Notes: a model not told the origin generated them from the letters alone. A stretch of 64,000 nucleotides of DNA from Pyrinomonadaceae bacterium (GCA_040510435.1 JBEVJD010000356.1:1026-65025), one strand, 5' to 3'; shown: positions 27,295 through 37,805, counted from the stretch's first letter. Program-made: numbers and translations.

Positions 27295-27873
27295 TTAAGG
27301 GTTCGTCTTCGGGATGGGCGTCTGTTTGACCGCCAGGCCGGCTTCAGGGTTGTCGGCGTCATACGCGACTTCGCGGTGCACCTCTTCTCTGAAGTCATCG
27401 AGCGCGAGCGTCATGCGCCGCCCGGACACCTTCGGCCCCTCCTCGGAGGTGACGGACGCCCAGCAAGACTCGTAGCGCTCGTTCTTCGCGTCGCGCACGC
27501 GCCACGCGCCGTCGAGCTTGAGCCAGACAACGTTGCACTCTGTCCCGGCGCCGCACTGCCGGTCGTCGGGCGGCACCTTCGACAGCCCGCACACGTCGAG
27601 CAGCAGGTACGTGAAGCCGCCCGCGCGCGACAGGAAGAGCACCGACACGTCCTCGATACGCATCGCGTCAACGTGCTTCGTCAGGTCGAGCGTGCGGGCG
27701 CGGCCGCCCTCCGTGACGACGACCCCGAGCCGCCCCTTCGCGCGCACGCTGACGCGCCCCTGCGCGCCCACCGGCACCCAGGACACGCAGGCCACGCACA
27801 GCGAAAGCAGTACGGCGCCGACGGATTGTTTGAGAAGTCGCAGCCCCGGAGGGGCGTGATTTTTATCGCGCAT
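27295..27873 (-). CDS. Hypothetical secreted protein; the start codon lies inside MITE copy 3
   Basis: The only canonical start is the ATG at 27873. The first 15 codons (MRDKNHAPPGLRLLK) are MITE sequence, followed by a signal-peptide-like h-region VGAVLLSLCVACVSWVPVGAQG. Confidence 0.55.
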   Translation of the reverse strand: MRDKNHAPPGLRLLKQSVGAVLLSLCVACVSWVPVGAQGRVSVRAKGRLGVVVTEGGRARTLDLTKHVDAMRIEDVSVLFLSRAGGFTYLLLDVCGLSKVPPDDRQCGAGTECNVVWLKLDGAWRVRDAKNERYESCWASVTSEEGPKVSGRRMTLALDDFREEVHREVAYDADNPEAGLAVKQTPIPKTNP

Positions 27874-27993
27874 GCTTTTTTTGTCGTCCGAGCCCCGTCA
27901 GGGGCGGCACGTCACATTTCGCCCCCGACGGGGCTCGGGAGAAAATTAAATACGCGGGGCTATAAACATCACGCTCCTCCGGGGCTTTACAGG
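27827..27993. mobile_element. MITE-like element, copy 3 (variant core)
   Basis: Terminal inverted repeats ccggaggggcgtgatttttatcgc (27846-27869) and gctataaacatcacgctcctccgg (27959-27982). Palindromic core ccgagccccgtcaggggcg...cgcccccgacggggctcgg. Confidence 0.75.
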
Positions 27994-28013
27994 TCGGCTT
28001 CTATTACTTCGTC

Positions 28014-30974
28014 TCACTTCGCCGCCTGCGCCGGGGCCGCGGTCAGTTTGTCGAGGTCGAAGACGTAGGCCGTCTGCGCGTCGCTCAGGACGAAGAGGCG
28101 GTTGCCGTCGAGGTTGAAGCGGACGAAGGCCGACGCCCCGGCGAGGCGGAGGTTGGCCTTGAGGTCGCCCGTTTCGAGGTCGTAGAGCGAAAGCTCGCCG
28201 GGGAAGTTCTCGACCGCGACGAGGTCGCGGCGCGGGTTGACGGCCGCCGTGCCGCCGAAGAAGCGGTGGCGCAACTCGCCCGTCTTGAGCGAGTAGATGA
28301 GGACTCGCCCCTCCGAGTCGTGGAGCACGAGCCGGTCGCCCTCCGACAAGCCCCGCCCCACGTCGAACGAGCCCTGCCCCGTCTCCAGCAGCATCGTGCC
28401 GACCGCCTTCTGCGAGAAGGCGTCCACGACCTCGACGAGGTAGTCGTCGGCCTTGTTGCCGAGCGCGTCGGCCTTCGCCTTCAACTCGGCCGACTCTTTG
28501 AGCTTCGCCTTGCCCACGTCGCTCCCCAGACGCCAGTAGAAGATGAGGCGGCCGCTGTAGGCGTCGAAGGAGAACTCGGGCGCCTCCTTCGTGAAGTCAC
28601 GCGACCAGATGACCTTGTCCTGCACGATGTCTTTCAACTCGAAGCGCACCTCGCGGCGCAGCCCGAGGTCGTCGTCGCCCTGCGCGGCGGCCAGCGCCGC
28701 CGCGGGGTCGTCCTTCGCCGGCTTCGCCTTGAGACTCGCGCGCAGGAGCACGAAGCGCCCGTACTGGCGCGCGCCCTTCTCGGGCAGCTCGCGGAAAGCG
28801 TTCGCGTCGCCGCTGGCGCCGCTCATCAGCACGAGGCTGTGCGGCGCGTCCCCGAGCTTGGGGAAGTCACCGACCGCGCCGCCGTCGTTGGCGGTGACGG
28901 CCCCGCGGAAGCCGCGGACGAAGACCTTGCGCTCGCCCGTCTTCAGAGACCACAGCCCGCCGCGCGTCTTCGACGAGAGCAGCAGCCAGCCGAAGTCGTC
29001 CGACACGTCCGAGGCGACGAGCCCGCGGACGGGGCTGACGGGGATTTCGACCGCGCCCACGTCCTTGAGGTCGAGCCTCTTGCTCGTCTCGTCGTAGCTC
29101 GTCTCGCGCAGCAGGATGTTGCCGCTGACCGACTCGTAGGCCATGACGCTGCCGAAGAAGGTCGCGTCGTCCTTGTCGAACCCGCCGATGAGCGCCCCGC
29201 GCTTCACGTCGAAGACGCCGAGCTTCGCGTTCGAGATCGGCCTGGCGATGACGTAGTCCGGGTTCTCCGTCCGCCCGATGAACCTCGCGCCGAACTCGAA
29301 CTTCTTGAGCCGCTTGCCCGAGGGGAAGGCGAAGAGACCCGAGTCGGCGGCCTTGCGCGAGGGCATGCCGACGACCGAGCCCGAGTCGAGGAAGGCGTAC
29401 GGGCGCGAGGCGACCTTCTTGAGGTCGCCGCCCACGTCCACCTGCTTGAGCGTCGTCAGGTCGACGGCCGCGGCCGTGTCCTCCGACTCGGCCACGGTCA
29501 TCGCGTCCCATTTGAAGCGGAAGCGGAAGCGCTGCGAGCGGCTGAACATCACGTAGCGGCCGTCGGGCGAGAACCCGATGCGGAAGAAGCCCACGTCGTC
29601 GTCGCCGTCGTCGTCGCCGCCCGCGCCGCGACGCGACGCCGAGCCGAGCCACGCGAGGTACTCCCAAACGTCGAGCCGGTAGAACTCCTTTTTCTCCCAG
29701 ACCTTCTTGCCCGTCTTCACGTCGAGCACGTGCGCGTTCGCAGAGGTGTCCACGCACGCGAGGTAGTTGCCGTCCGGCGAGAGGCCGTGCTCCCAGCAGT
29801 CGCGCCGGGTGACGATCTCGCGCACCTCGACGGGCGCGGCGTCGGCGACGCTCCACTTCTCGTAGCGCAAATTCTCGGTCGTGAAGACGACGAACCGACC
29901 GTCGGGCGTGAACATGGCGCGGTCGGCGTCCTCGACCGGAATCTGGAAGAGGACGCGCGGCTGCGGCTCGCGCGCGATGACGGTGACGGAGTAGTCGTCC
30001 TGCGCGAGCAGCAGCCGGCCGTCGCGGCTGAAGGCGAAGTGCGACACGTCGCTGCGCAGCTTCGGCTGTAACTCCTTCTTCCAGACGAGGCCGGGCAGCT
30101 CCTCCTTGCGGTTCGCCTCGCGGTACGAGACGACCTCGGCCTGCCACTTCAGGAACTCTTCGGTCGGGCGCGCGGCCGTGCGCTCGCGGCAGGGGGCCGG
30201 CATCTTCTCGGCGGCCTTCGCCATCTCGTAGAGCCGCTTCTGCTCGGGCGTCGTCTTGCCGAAGAGTTCCGAGAACCAGCCGCCCCGCGCCTTGCTCTCG
30301 GTCAGCCGCTCGAAGAACGACGAGAGCCCCTTCGGGTCGTAGCCGGCGGCGACCAGGGCGTAGACGCCGATCTGGTCGGCCTCCAACTGCTGCCCGTCCT
30401 CGTGGCCGCGGCCGCGCGAGTAGCGGCGCGTGCGCGCGCGCTCGATGAGAAGGTTGTACTTCTCGGTCACGTCCCTGCGGTCGCCGAGCGCGGTCACGTT
30501 CAGGATTTTGCGGAGCGCGTCGGACATGTCCTGCGCGCCGTGGCGGACGACGGCGTGCCCCAGCTCGTGCGCGATGACGCCGGCCAGTTCGTCCTCGTTG
30601 TTGACGAAGGCGACGAGCTTGCGCGAGACGGCGACGTAGCCGCCCGGCAGGTTGTAGGCGTTCACCTCGGGGATGTCCATCAGGTAGAAGCGGTACTTGA
30701 GGCCGGTCTGCGGCAGGTGCTTGATGATGCGCTCGCCGATACGGTTGAGGTGGGCCGTCAGCCTCTCGTCGCGGATGAAGCGAATCTCGCCGGCCATGTT
30801 CTGCACCCACAGCTCGCCGAAGATCATCTCCTGCTCCGGCGTGAACATGTTGTTCGACTTCGCGTTGGCGACGATTGCTGGCGGGGCGCACTCCTGCGCG
30901 AGGGCGGGCGCGGCGGCGCCGGCGCCGAGCAGGGCCGCGCAGAGCGAGAGGGCGGCTAAGGTCTTTCTGTACAT
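28014..30974 (-). CDS. Secreted M48-family Zn-metallopeptidase fused to a WD40/TolB-like propeller region
   Basis: Signal peptide from the ATG at 30974 (MYRKTLAALSLCAALLGAGAAAPALAQ). HELGH motif (IAHELGHAVVRHG). Repeated SPDG/SRDG propeller motifs. The 168-codon upstream extension in the ORF track is rejected. Confidence 0.85.
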   Translation of the reverse strand: MYRKTLAALSLCAALLGAGAAAPALAQECAPPAIVANAKSNNMFTPEQEMIFGELWVQNMAGEIRFIRDERLTAHLNRIGERIIKHLPQTGLKYRFYLMDIPEVNAYNLPGGYVAVSRKLVAFVNNEDELAGVIAHELGHAVVRHGAQDMSDALRKILNVTALGDRRDVTEKYNLLIERARTRRYSRGRGHEDGQQLEADQIGVYALVAAGYDPKGLSSFFERLTESKARGGWFSELFGKTTPEQKRLYEMAKAAEKMPAPCRERTAARPTEEFLKWQAEVVSYREANRKEELPGLVWKKELQPKLRSDVSHFAFSRDGRLLLAQDDYSVTVIAREPQPRVLFQIPVEDADRAMFTPDGRFVVFTTENLRYEKWSVADAAPVEVREIVTRRDCWEHGLSPDGNYLACVDTSANAHVLDVKTGKKVWEKKEFYRLDVWEYLAWLGSASRRGAGGDDDGDDDVGFFRIGFSPDGRYVMFSRSQRFRFRFKWDAMTVAESEDTAAAVDLTTLKQVDVGGDLKKVASRPYAFLDSGSVVGMPSRKAADSGLFAFPSGKRLKKFEFGARFIGRTENPDYVIARPISNAKLGVFDVKRGALIGGFDKDDATFFGSVMAYESVSGNILLRETSYDETSKRLDLKDVGAVEIPVSPVRGLVASDVSDDFGWLLLSSKTRGGLWSLKTGERKVFVRGFRGAVTANDGGAVGDFPKLGDAPHSLVLMSGASGDANAFRELPEKGARQYGRFVLLRASLKAKPAKDDPAAALAAAQGDDDLGLRREVRFELKDIVQDKVIWSRDFTKEAPEFSFDAYSGRLIFYWRLGSDVGKAKLKESAELKAKADALGNKADDYLVEVVDAFSQKAVGTMLLETGQGSFDVGRGLSEGDRLVLHDSEGRVLIYSLKTGELRHRFFGGTAAVNPRRDLVAVENFPGELSLYDLETGDLKANLRLAGASAFVRFNLDGNRLFVLSDAQTAYVFDLDKLTAAPAQAAK

Positions 30975-31174
30975 GCGGATTCTCCAAATGCAGGGTCGGA
31001 CGCGGAGGGCCTTCGCGCGTGAAGAGTCGGGGGGGCGTCGTGTCAGCCCCGGGTCGCGCGGGCGCGGAAACCTTCCGCGCCCCGGCCTTCCCTCGGGCGG
31101 CGGGCGCCGCCCGGCACATGCTACCACCACCCGCCGCGCCCCGCACGCCGCACCAAAGGCCGCGCGGGGGAGGC

Positions 31175-31639
31175 TCAAAGCTCTCGCGTCATGAAGACGC
31201 TGTAAGGGTCTTCGACGTAGTCCGCGAACGGCCCGCAGTAGGCGAAGCCGAAGCGAGCGTACAACTGCCGGGCGGGCTCGAAGGCTTCCGCCGACCCCGT
31301 CTCCAGACTCAGCCGCGCGTAGCCGCGGCCCACCGCCTCTTCGAGGATGTGGCGCAGAAGGTGTGAGGCGACGCCGCGCCTCAGGTGCGCCGCGGCCGTG
31401 CGCATGGACTTGATCTCGGCGTGGCGCGAGTTCAGTTCCTTGAGCGCCCCGCAGCCGAGCAGCTCGCCCCCCTCCCACACCGTCCAGAAAGTTATCCCCG
31501 GCCCGCGCAGCCCTTCGAGGTCGAGGGCGTGGACGCTCTCGGGCGGCGAGTGCAGGTGCATGTTCCGCAGGTGCTCCCCCAGCAGCTCGTGTATCTCGGG
31601 GCCGCTCAGGTCGTCGATCTTAACGTGCACGAGGTTCAC
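31175..31639 (-). CDS. GNAT-family N-acetyltransferase
   Basis: 154 aa. RRGVASHLL (acetyl-CoA binding Q/RxxGxG/A-like) and ARQLYARFGF. The start is 1 nt from the upstream stop. Confidence 0.85.
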   Translation of the reverse strand: MNLVHVKIDDLSGPEIHELLGEHLRNMHLHSPPESVHALDLEGLRGPGITFWTVWEGGELLGCGALKELNSRHAEIKSMRTAAAHLRRGVASHLLRHILEEAVGRGYARLSLETGSAEAFEPARQLYARFGFAYCGPFADYVEDPYSVFMTREL

Positions 31640-31640
31640 C

Positions 31641-34382
31641 TCAGCGTGTGCTTCTCCTGCCGCCGCCGCGCGCGCCGGCCGACGGCGCGGCGTCGTCCGG
31701 ACGCAGGTTCGCTTCGAAGAGTCGGAGGATGCGCTTGTACTCGTCGGCCCAACTGTCGGCGCGGTCGAAGGCGTGGTCTTCGACGGGGTAGGGGGCCAGC
31801 TCCCAGTTCTCTTTGCGCAGCTCGATGAGGCGCTCGGCGAGGCGGACTGTATCCTGAAAGTGGACGTTGGTGTCCACCATGCCGTGGCAGATGAGGAGCG
31901 GGCCTTTGAGCCCCGCGGCGAAGTAGATGGGCGAGCTGCGGCGGTACGCCTCGGGGTCGTCGTGCGGCTCGTTGAGGATGTTGGCGGTGTAGGGGTGGTT
32001 GTAGTGCGCCCAGTCGGTGACGGGGCGCAGCGCCGCGCCCGCGGCGAAGATGTCGGGCGTGGTGAACATCGCCATCAGCGCGATGAAGCCGCCGTAAGAG
32101 CCGCCGTAGAGCCCGACGCGCCGCGGGTCAACGCCGTGCTCGGCGACGAGGTAGCGGACGGCATCCACGTGGTCGTCCAAATCCTTGCCGCCCATGTGGC
32201 GGTAGATGCCCGTGCGCCAGTCGCGGCCGTAGCCGGCCGAGCCGCGGTAGTCGATGCTCAGCACGGTGTAGCCGCGCTCCATCAGGAGGTGGTGGAACAT
32301 GTGCTCGCGGTAGTAGGTTGACCACCACTTATGCACGTCTTGAAGATAGCCCGCGCCGTGGACGAAGAGGACGGCGGGCCCGCCCGGCCGCGCGCCCGCG
32401 GGCTTGTAGAGACGGCCGTGGACGGTCGCGCCGTCGCGCGCGCGGAAGTTGACGATGGGCGGGTCGATCCAGTTGTGAGTGAAGAACTCGGGCAGGGGCG
32501 AGGTCGTCACCTGTCTGATGTCCGGCGCGTGCCCGTTCGTGCCTTGCGGGGCCGCGGCCTGTGCGTTCGTCGAAGAGTTCGCCGCGGGCGCGTTCGGCGC
32601 CTGCGAGGTCTGGTCGGGCGCGGGCCGGTTCGGCTGTAGGTAAAGCTCGGGCGGGCGGTTCGTGTAGGAGCGCACGACGGCGAGCGTGCGGTCGTCGGGC
32701 GAAACGTCAACCTGGTTGTTGCCCGTCATCGTCGTCAGGCGCGTGCGCGCGCCGCCGTCGAACGACATCGTGTAGAGGTGTCGCTCGAAGAGGCTGCCCT
32801 CGCTCGAAGTGAAATATAACCTGGTCTTGTCGGTCGAAAGGCGCACGTCCGAGACTTCGAAGCGGCCGCTGGTCAACTGCGCGGGCTCGCCGCCTTCAAC
32901 GTTCACGGTGTAGAGGTGCGCCCAGCCGTCGCGCTCTGAGACGAAGTAGACGCGCCGGTTGTCCGGGAGCCAGCCCAGCGTGAACGCGCCGGGGCCGCCG
33001 ACCCACGCGTCGTCGTGCACGACGGCGAGCACGCGCGTCCGCCCCGTCGCCGGGTCGAGCGACATCACCCAGCGATCCTTGTTGTCCGAGGCGCGCGCCA
33101 TCAGCACCGCGCGCGAGCCGTCCTCGTTCCACTGCAACTGGAAGAGCTGCGCCTCGCGGTCGCGCGCCTGCTGCCCCTCGGTCTGCTGCGGCGGCGTGCG
33201 CGGCGGCTGGCCGGTCTGCTGTCCCGACTGTGCGCCGGTCTGCTGTTGAGATTGTGCGCCCGTCTGTTGTTGCGTCTGCGCGCCGGTCTGCTGCGCGCCT
33301 GACTCGCGCTGCGCGGACTCGGTCGCGTTCTGCTCGGTGCGCTGCTGCACGCGCGGCGCGACCTGCGCGCGCAGACCCGTCTCGACCCACTTGACCTCGC
33401 CCGTCGCCACGGACGCGAGCCCGAGCCGCGTGCGCCCCTGCGTGTCGCCGACCTTCGTGCGCGACTGTATGTCCTCGGTGTAGCCGCCGTCGCCGATGTA
33501 GTTTGGGACGATGGTGTTCTTGCCCGCCGCGGGGTCAGCCACCGTCAGGACGACGTAAGCGCCGTCGGGCGAGAGCTGGAGGTTCGTCACCGTCTGACCC
33601 GCGGTGAGCGAGAACGGCTTGCGCCTGTCCTTGTCACGCTCGCGGCGGCGGCGCTCCTGCTCCTCGCGCTGTTCGGCGCGCTCGCGCACCACGTCGAGGA
33701 GCCGCCGCTCCTCCCTGCGCAAAAACTCCTGGCTCTCGCTCGCGCGCCCGCCCGCGCCGACCGTCGCCTGCAAACCGACACCCGCGCCCACCGCCGCGCC
33801 ACCCGCGGTGGGCGGGGTGGGCACGCGTATGTCCGTGAGCTGTTCGAGCGAGCCGCCGTCGAGCGACATCACGTAGAGGTTGCTCGCGCGCGTGAAGTAG
33901 ACCGCGCGCTGGTCGCGCGTGAAGCGCGCGTTCGACTCCGCCTCGACCGTGCGCGTCAACTGCCGCCGCTCGGACTTCTCGTGGTCGTAGAGGAAGACAT
34001 CGCCCTCGTCCGTGAAGACCGTGAGGCGCCTGTCCTTCGACAACTCGCCCGCGGCGGGCGGGCTCTTGCGCACCTCCTCTTCCGACAGCTTACGCAGCCC
34101 CGTGCCGTCGGCGTTCACCGTGTAGAGGTCTGTCTCCTTCAGGCGCGGCTCGCCCGCGCGCTTCCAACGGAAGAAGACGCGCCGGCTGTCCTGCGACCAG
34201 TAGACGCCCCCCGGCGTGTAGCCGACGAGGTCGGGCCCGCGCATGATACTGTCCACGGTCAGCGCGAACGCCTTGGCCGGCGCCACTTGCGCCTGCGGCT
34301 GCTGCCGCGCGAAGGTCTGCTGGAAGAGCAGCGCCGCGACGAACGCGCACGACGCCGCGCGGCGGAAAGTTTGTCCTCGCAT
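31641..34382 (-). CDS. S9-family peptidase (DPP-IV/prolyl oligopeptidase type) with a Gln-rich insertion
   Basis: Signal peptide and propeller N-terminus. Catalytic GGSYGGFI, later CHGMVDTNV and EDHAF. Confidence 0.9.
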   Translation of the reverse strand: MRGQTFRRAASCAFVAALLFQQTFARQQPQAQVAPAKAFALTVDSIMRGPDLVGYTPGGVYWSQDSRRVFFRWKRAGEPRLKETDLYTVNADGTGLRKLSEEEVRKSPPAAGELSKDRRLTVFTDEGDVFLYDHEKSERRQLTRTVEAESNARFTRDQRAVYFTRASNLYVMSLDGGSLEQLTDIRVPTPPTAGGAAVGAGVGLQATVGAGGRASESQEFLRREERRLLDVVRERAEQREEQERRRRERDKDRRKPFSLTAGQTVTNLQLSPDGAYVVLTVADPAAGKNTIVPNYIGDGGYTEDIQSRTKVGDTQGRTRLGLASVATGEVKWVETGLRAQVAPRVQQRTEQNATESAQRESGAQQTGAQTQQQTGAQSQQQTGAQSGQQTGQPPRTPPQQTEGQQARDREAQLFQLQWNEDGSRAVLMARASDNKDRWVMSLDPATGRTRVLAVVHDDAWVGGPGAFTLGWLPDNRRVYFVSERDGWAHLYTVNVEGGEPAQLTSGRFEVSDVRLSTDKTRLYFTSSEGSLFERHLYTMSFDGGARTRLTTMTGNNQVDVSPDDRTLAVVRSYTNRPPELYLQPNRPAPDQTSQAPNAPAANSSTNAQAAAPQGTNGHAPDIRQVTTSPLPEFFTHNWIDPPIVNFRARDGATVHGRLYKPAGARPGGPAVLFVHGAGYLQDVHKWWSTYYREHMFHHLLMERGYTVLSIDYRGSAGYGRDWRTGIYRHMGGKDLDDHVDAVRYLVAEHGVDPRRVGLYGGSYGGFIALMAMFTTPDIFAAGAALRPVTDWAHYNHPYTANILNEPHDDPEAYRRSSPIYFAAGLKGPLLICHGMVDTNVHFQDTVRLAERLIELRKENWELAPYPVEDHAFDRADSWADEYKRILRLFEANLRPDDAAPSAGARGGGRRSTR
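33205..33300 (-). repeat. In-frame 24-nt tandem repeat (about 4 units) encoding QQQTGAQS-type low complexity
   Basis: ccggtctgctg/cccgtctgttg recurs at 33211, 33235, 33259 and 33283. Translates to GAQQTGAQTQQQTGAQSQQQTGAQSGQQTGQ. Confidence 0.8.
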
Positions 34383-34412
34383 TCAGTCCTCTTCTGAGCC
34401 GGCGGCCCGGTG

Positions 34413-34507
34413 AAACGGAACCGCGAGCGGTAACGAGCGGGTGCGTCTTACGACATTAGTCCGCACGGCGTACCTGCGACCCGCTCGCGAACGCTCGCGG
34501 TTCTGTT
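34413..34507. repeat. Hairpin of the GAGCGG-rich family
   Basis: aaacggaaccgcgagcggtaacgagcgggtgcg (34413-34445) pairs with cgacccgctcgcgaacgctcgcggttctgtt (34477-34507). Confidence 0.8.
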
Positions 34508-34556
34508 CAGGCACGGCGGTATAATAGTCAACGAAAAGTTAAGGGAGACTTTGAAG

Positions 34557-34739
34557 GTGAACGAGCGGCGGGATGATACAACAAAACCGGAGGCCGAGTC
34601 GCGCCCCGCGCCGGGGGACGGCCGCTACTACTACGACGACGCCACCGGCTACGAGACCTACCGGCCCGATGAAGAAGAGGACGAGCCGGAGGACGACGAG
34701 CCCGGTCGTGAGGAGACTGAGCCGGCGGCCGGCGGCTAA
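34557..34739 (+). CDS. Possible small acidic protein (about 60 aa)
   Basis: AAGGGAG lies upstream of the GTG at 34557. The GC3-rich frame encodes ...GDGRYYYDDATGYETYRPDEEEDEPEDDEPGREE. No homology recognised. Confidence 0.35.
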   Translation: MNERRDDTTKPEAESRPAPGDGRYYYDDATGYETYRPDEEEDEPEDDEPGREETEPAAGG

Positions 34740-34948
34740 CGCGGCGGGCGGCCCTGTCCGATGCGGCGACGGTCGGAGAGCGTGTACGTGTCGCGCTTGC
34801 GCTGCTCGCCTTCATACTCGCTGTCCTCGTAACGCGGGCAGTCGCAGCGCTCCGCGCCCTCGGCCGCGAACGAGCACCCGCCCGCAATCGTGTGGTGCTC
34901 TTGCAGATGCCCGCAGTTCCAGCAAGACCTGTCGTTCACGTCGCCCAC
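34736..34948 (-). CDS. Possible small Cys-rich protein (70 aa)
   Basis: GTG start and GC3-rich frame. CWNCGH...C...CDC suggests a zinc-ribbon-like fold. Its stop overlaps the stop of the convergent plus-strand ORF. Confidence 0.4.
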   Translation of the reverse strand: MGDVNDRSCWNCGHLQEHHTIAGGCSFAAEGAERCDCPRYEDSEYEGEQRKRDTYTLSDRRRIGQGRPPR

Positions 34949-35019
34949 CTTTCCACGGTTGTCGAGATTAACGCGCTGACGTTATGGCACGCGCGCGCGC
35001 CTGTCAAGAAACTAAAGCG

Positions 35020-35130
35020 GACGGGGAGAGTGCGAGACGGGGAGAGTGCGAGACGGGGGGACGGGGAGCAAGAAGCTGCATCGCCAAACATCTCCCCGTC
35101 TCCCCGTCTCCCCGCCCCCCGCTCTCCCCG

Positions 35131-35132
<2 letters not shown>
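35020..35132. repeat. Hairpin of the GGGGAG-type family (16-nt unit duplicated in the left arm)
   Basis: gacggggagagtgcgagacggggagagtgcgagacggggggacggggag (35020-35068) pairs with ctccccgtctccccgtctccccgccccccgctctccccgtc (35092-35132). The typA TGA stop (35131-35133) overlaps the arm. Confidence 0.85.
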
Positions 35133-36948
<1,816 letters not shown>

Positions 36949-37071
36949 CTGTGCTTTCCCGCCGGGCGCGCCGCGACATTCCCGGAACGTCCGGCCGCCC
37001 CCTTGTCTAAAATTGCCTGAAATTTCGGGCTGAATTTAACGGGAAATTGTACCTTGGCGGGCGCCCCCGTG

Positions 37072-37536
37072 TCACCCGCGCCCGACGGCGCCCGCCTGCC
37101 GCAGCGCCTCGTAGAGTGCGATGCCGACCGACGTGGCGAGGTTGAGGCTGCGCACGCGCGGGTTCGGCATCGGGATCGTCAGGCAGTTCTCCCAGTTCGC
37201 GCGCAGGAGTTCTTCGGGCAGGCCGCGCGTCTCTGGCCCGAAGACGAGGCAGTCGCCTTCGACGAATGACCACTCGGCGTAAGACGTTTGGGCCTTCGTC
37301 GTGAAGTAGAGGAGGCGCGCCGCGGGCAGCGCTTGTTTAAGAGCGTCGAGGTCGCGGTGGCGGTGCAGCTCGACCTCGGGCCAGTAGTCGAGCCCCGCGC
37401 GCCGCACGGCGCGGTCGTCGAGGCGGAAGCCCGTCACGCCCACCACGTGCAGCGGCGTGCGCGTCGCCGCGCACAGGCGCGCGACGTTGCCAGTGTTCGG
37501 CGGTATCTCCGGCTCGACGAGCGCGACGTGGAACAT
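37072..37536 (-). CDS. trmL: tRNA (cytidine/uridine-2'-O)-methyltransferase TrmL (SpoU family)
   Basis: From the ATG at 37536: MFHVALVEPEIPPNTGNVARLCAAT...; 154 aa; SPOUT C-terminal motif NLATSVGIALYEA. Confidence 0.88.
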   Translation of the reverse strand: MFHVALVEPEIPPNTGNVARLCAATRTPLHVVGVTGFRLDDRAVRRAGLDYWPEVELHRHRDLDALKQALPAARLLYFTTKAQTSYAEWSFVEGDCLVFGPETRGLPEELLRANWENCLTIPMPNPRVRSLNLATSVGIALYEALRQAGAVGRG

Positions 37537-37690
37537 AAGAAGTTGCCGGCGGTCAGACTTCGGCTTTCGTCTTTCGACTTCGTCGTCAATGAATCCGAAT
37601 GATTGTCTGACTTGCGTGATGGGGTGGCAAGCGCGCGTTGAAGTGGGGCGTCGGGCTCGGGGCAAAGCCGCACGCCGAGTGCCGGTCGCT

Positions 37691-37733
37691 TAAAAATAAT
37701 TTGGACGGCGTGCATTGGATGCAACCGCCGTCC
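37691..37733 (-). terminator. Rho-independent terminator after the small basic protein gene
   Basis: Minus strand: ggacggcg...cgccgtcc (37703-37733), followed by aaattattttta. Confidence 0.55.
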
Positions 37734-37805
37734 TAATTAGCGCCCTCGCGGGCGAAGAATGTTATGCGCGCTGTTGTAGGTTGCGCGTACTCCCCTTGAC
37801 CGGAA

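Noticed and set aside
30975-31478. N-terminal extensions of ORF-track models: 28014-31478, 43113-44264, the 5' two-thirds of 43675-45654, 20577-21680, 37072-37665, 61204-61857, 18129-18974 and 14141-14773.
   Set aside because: The extensions are Arg/Pro-rich with no signal or domain logic. They often run through repeat arms or neighbouring genes. Internal starts give proper signal peptides, ribosome-binding sites or family-typical N-termini.
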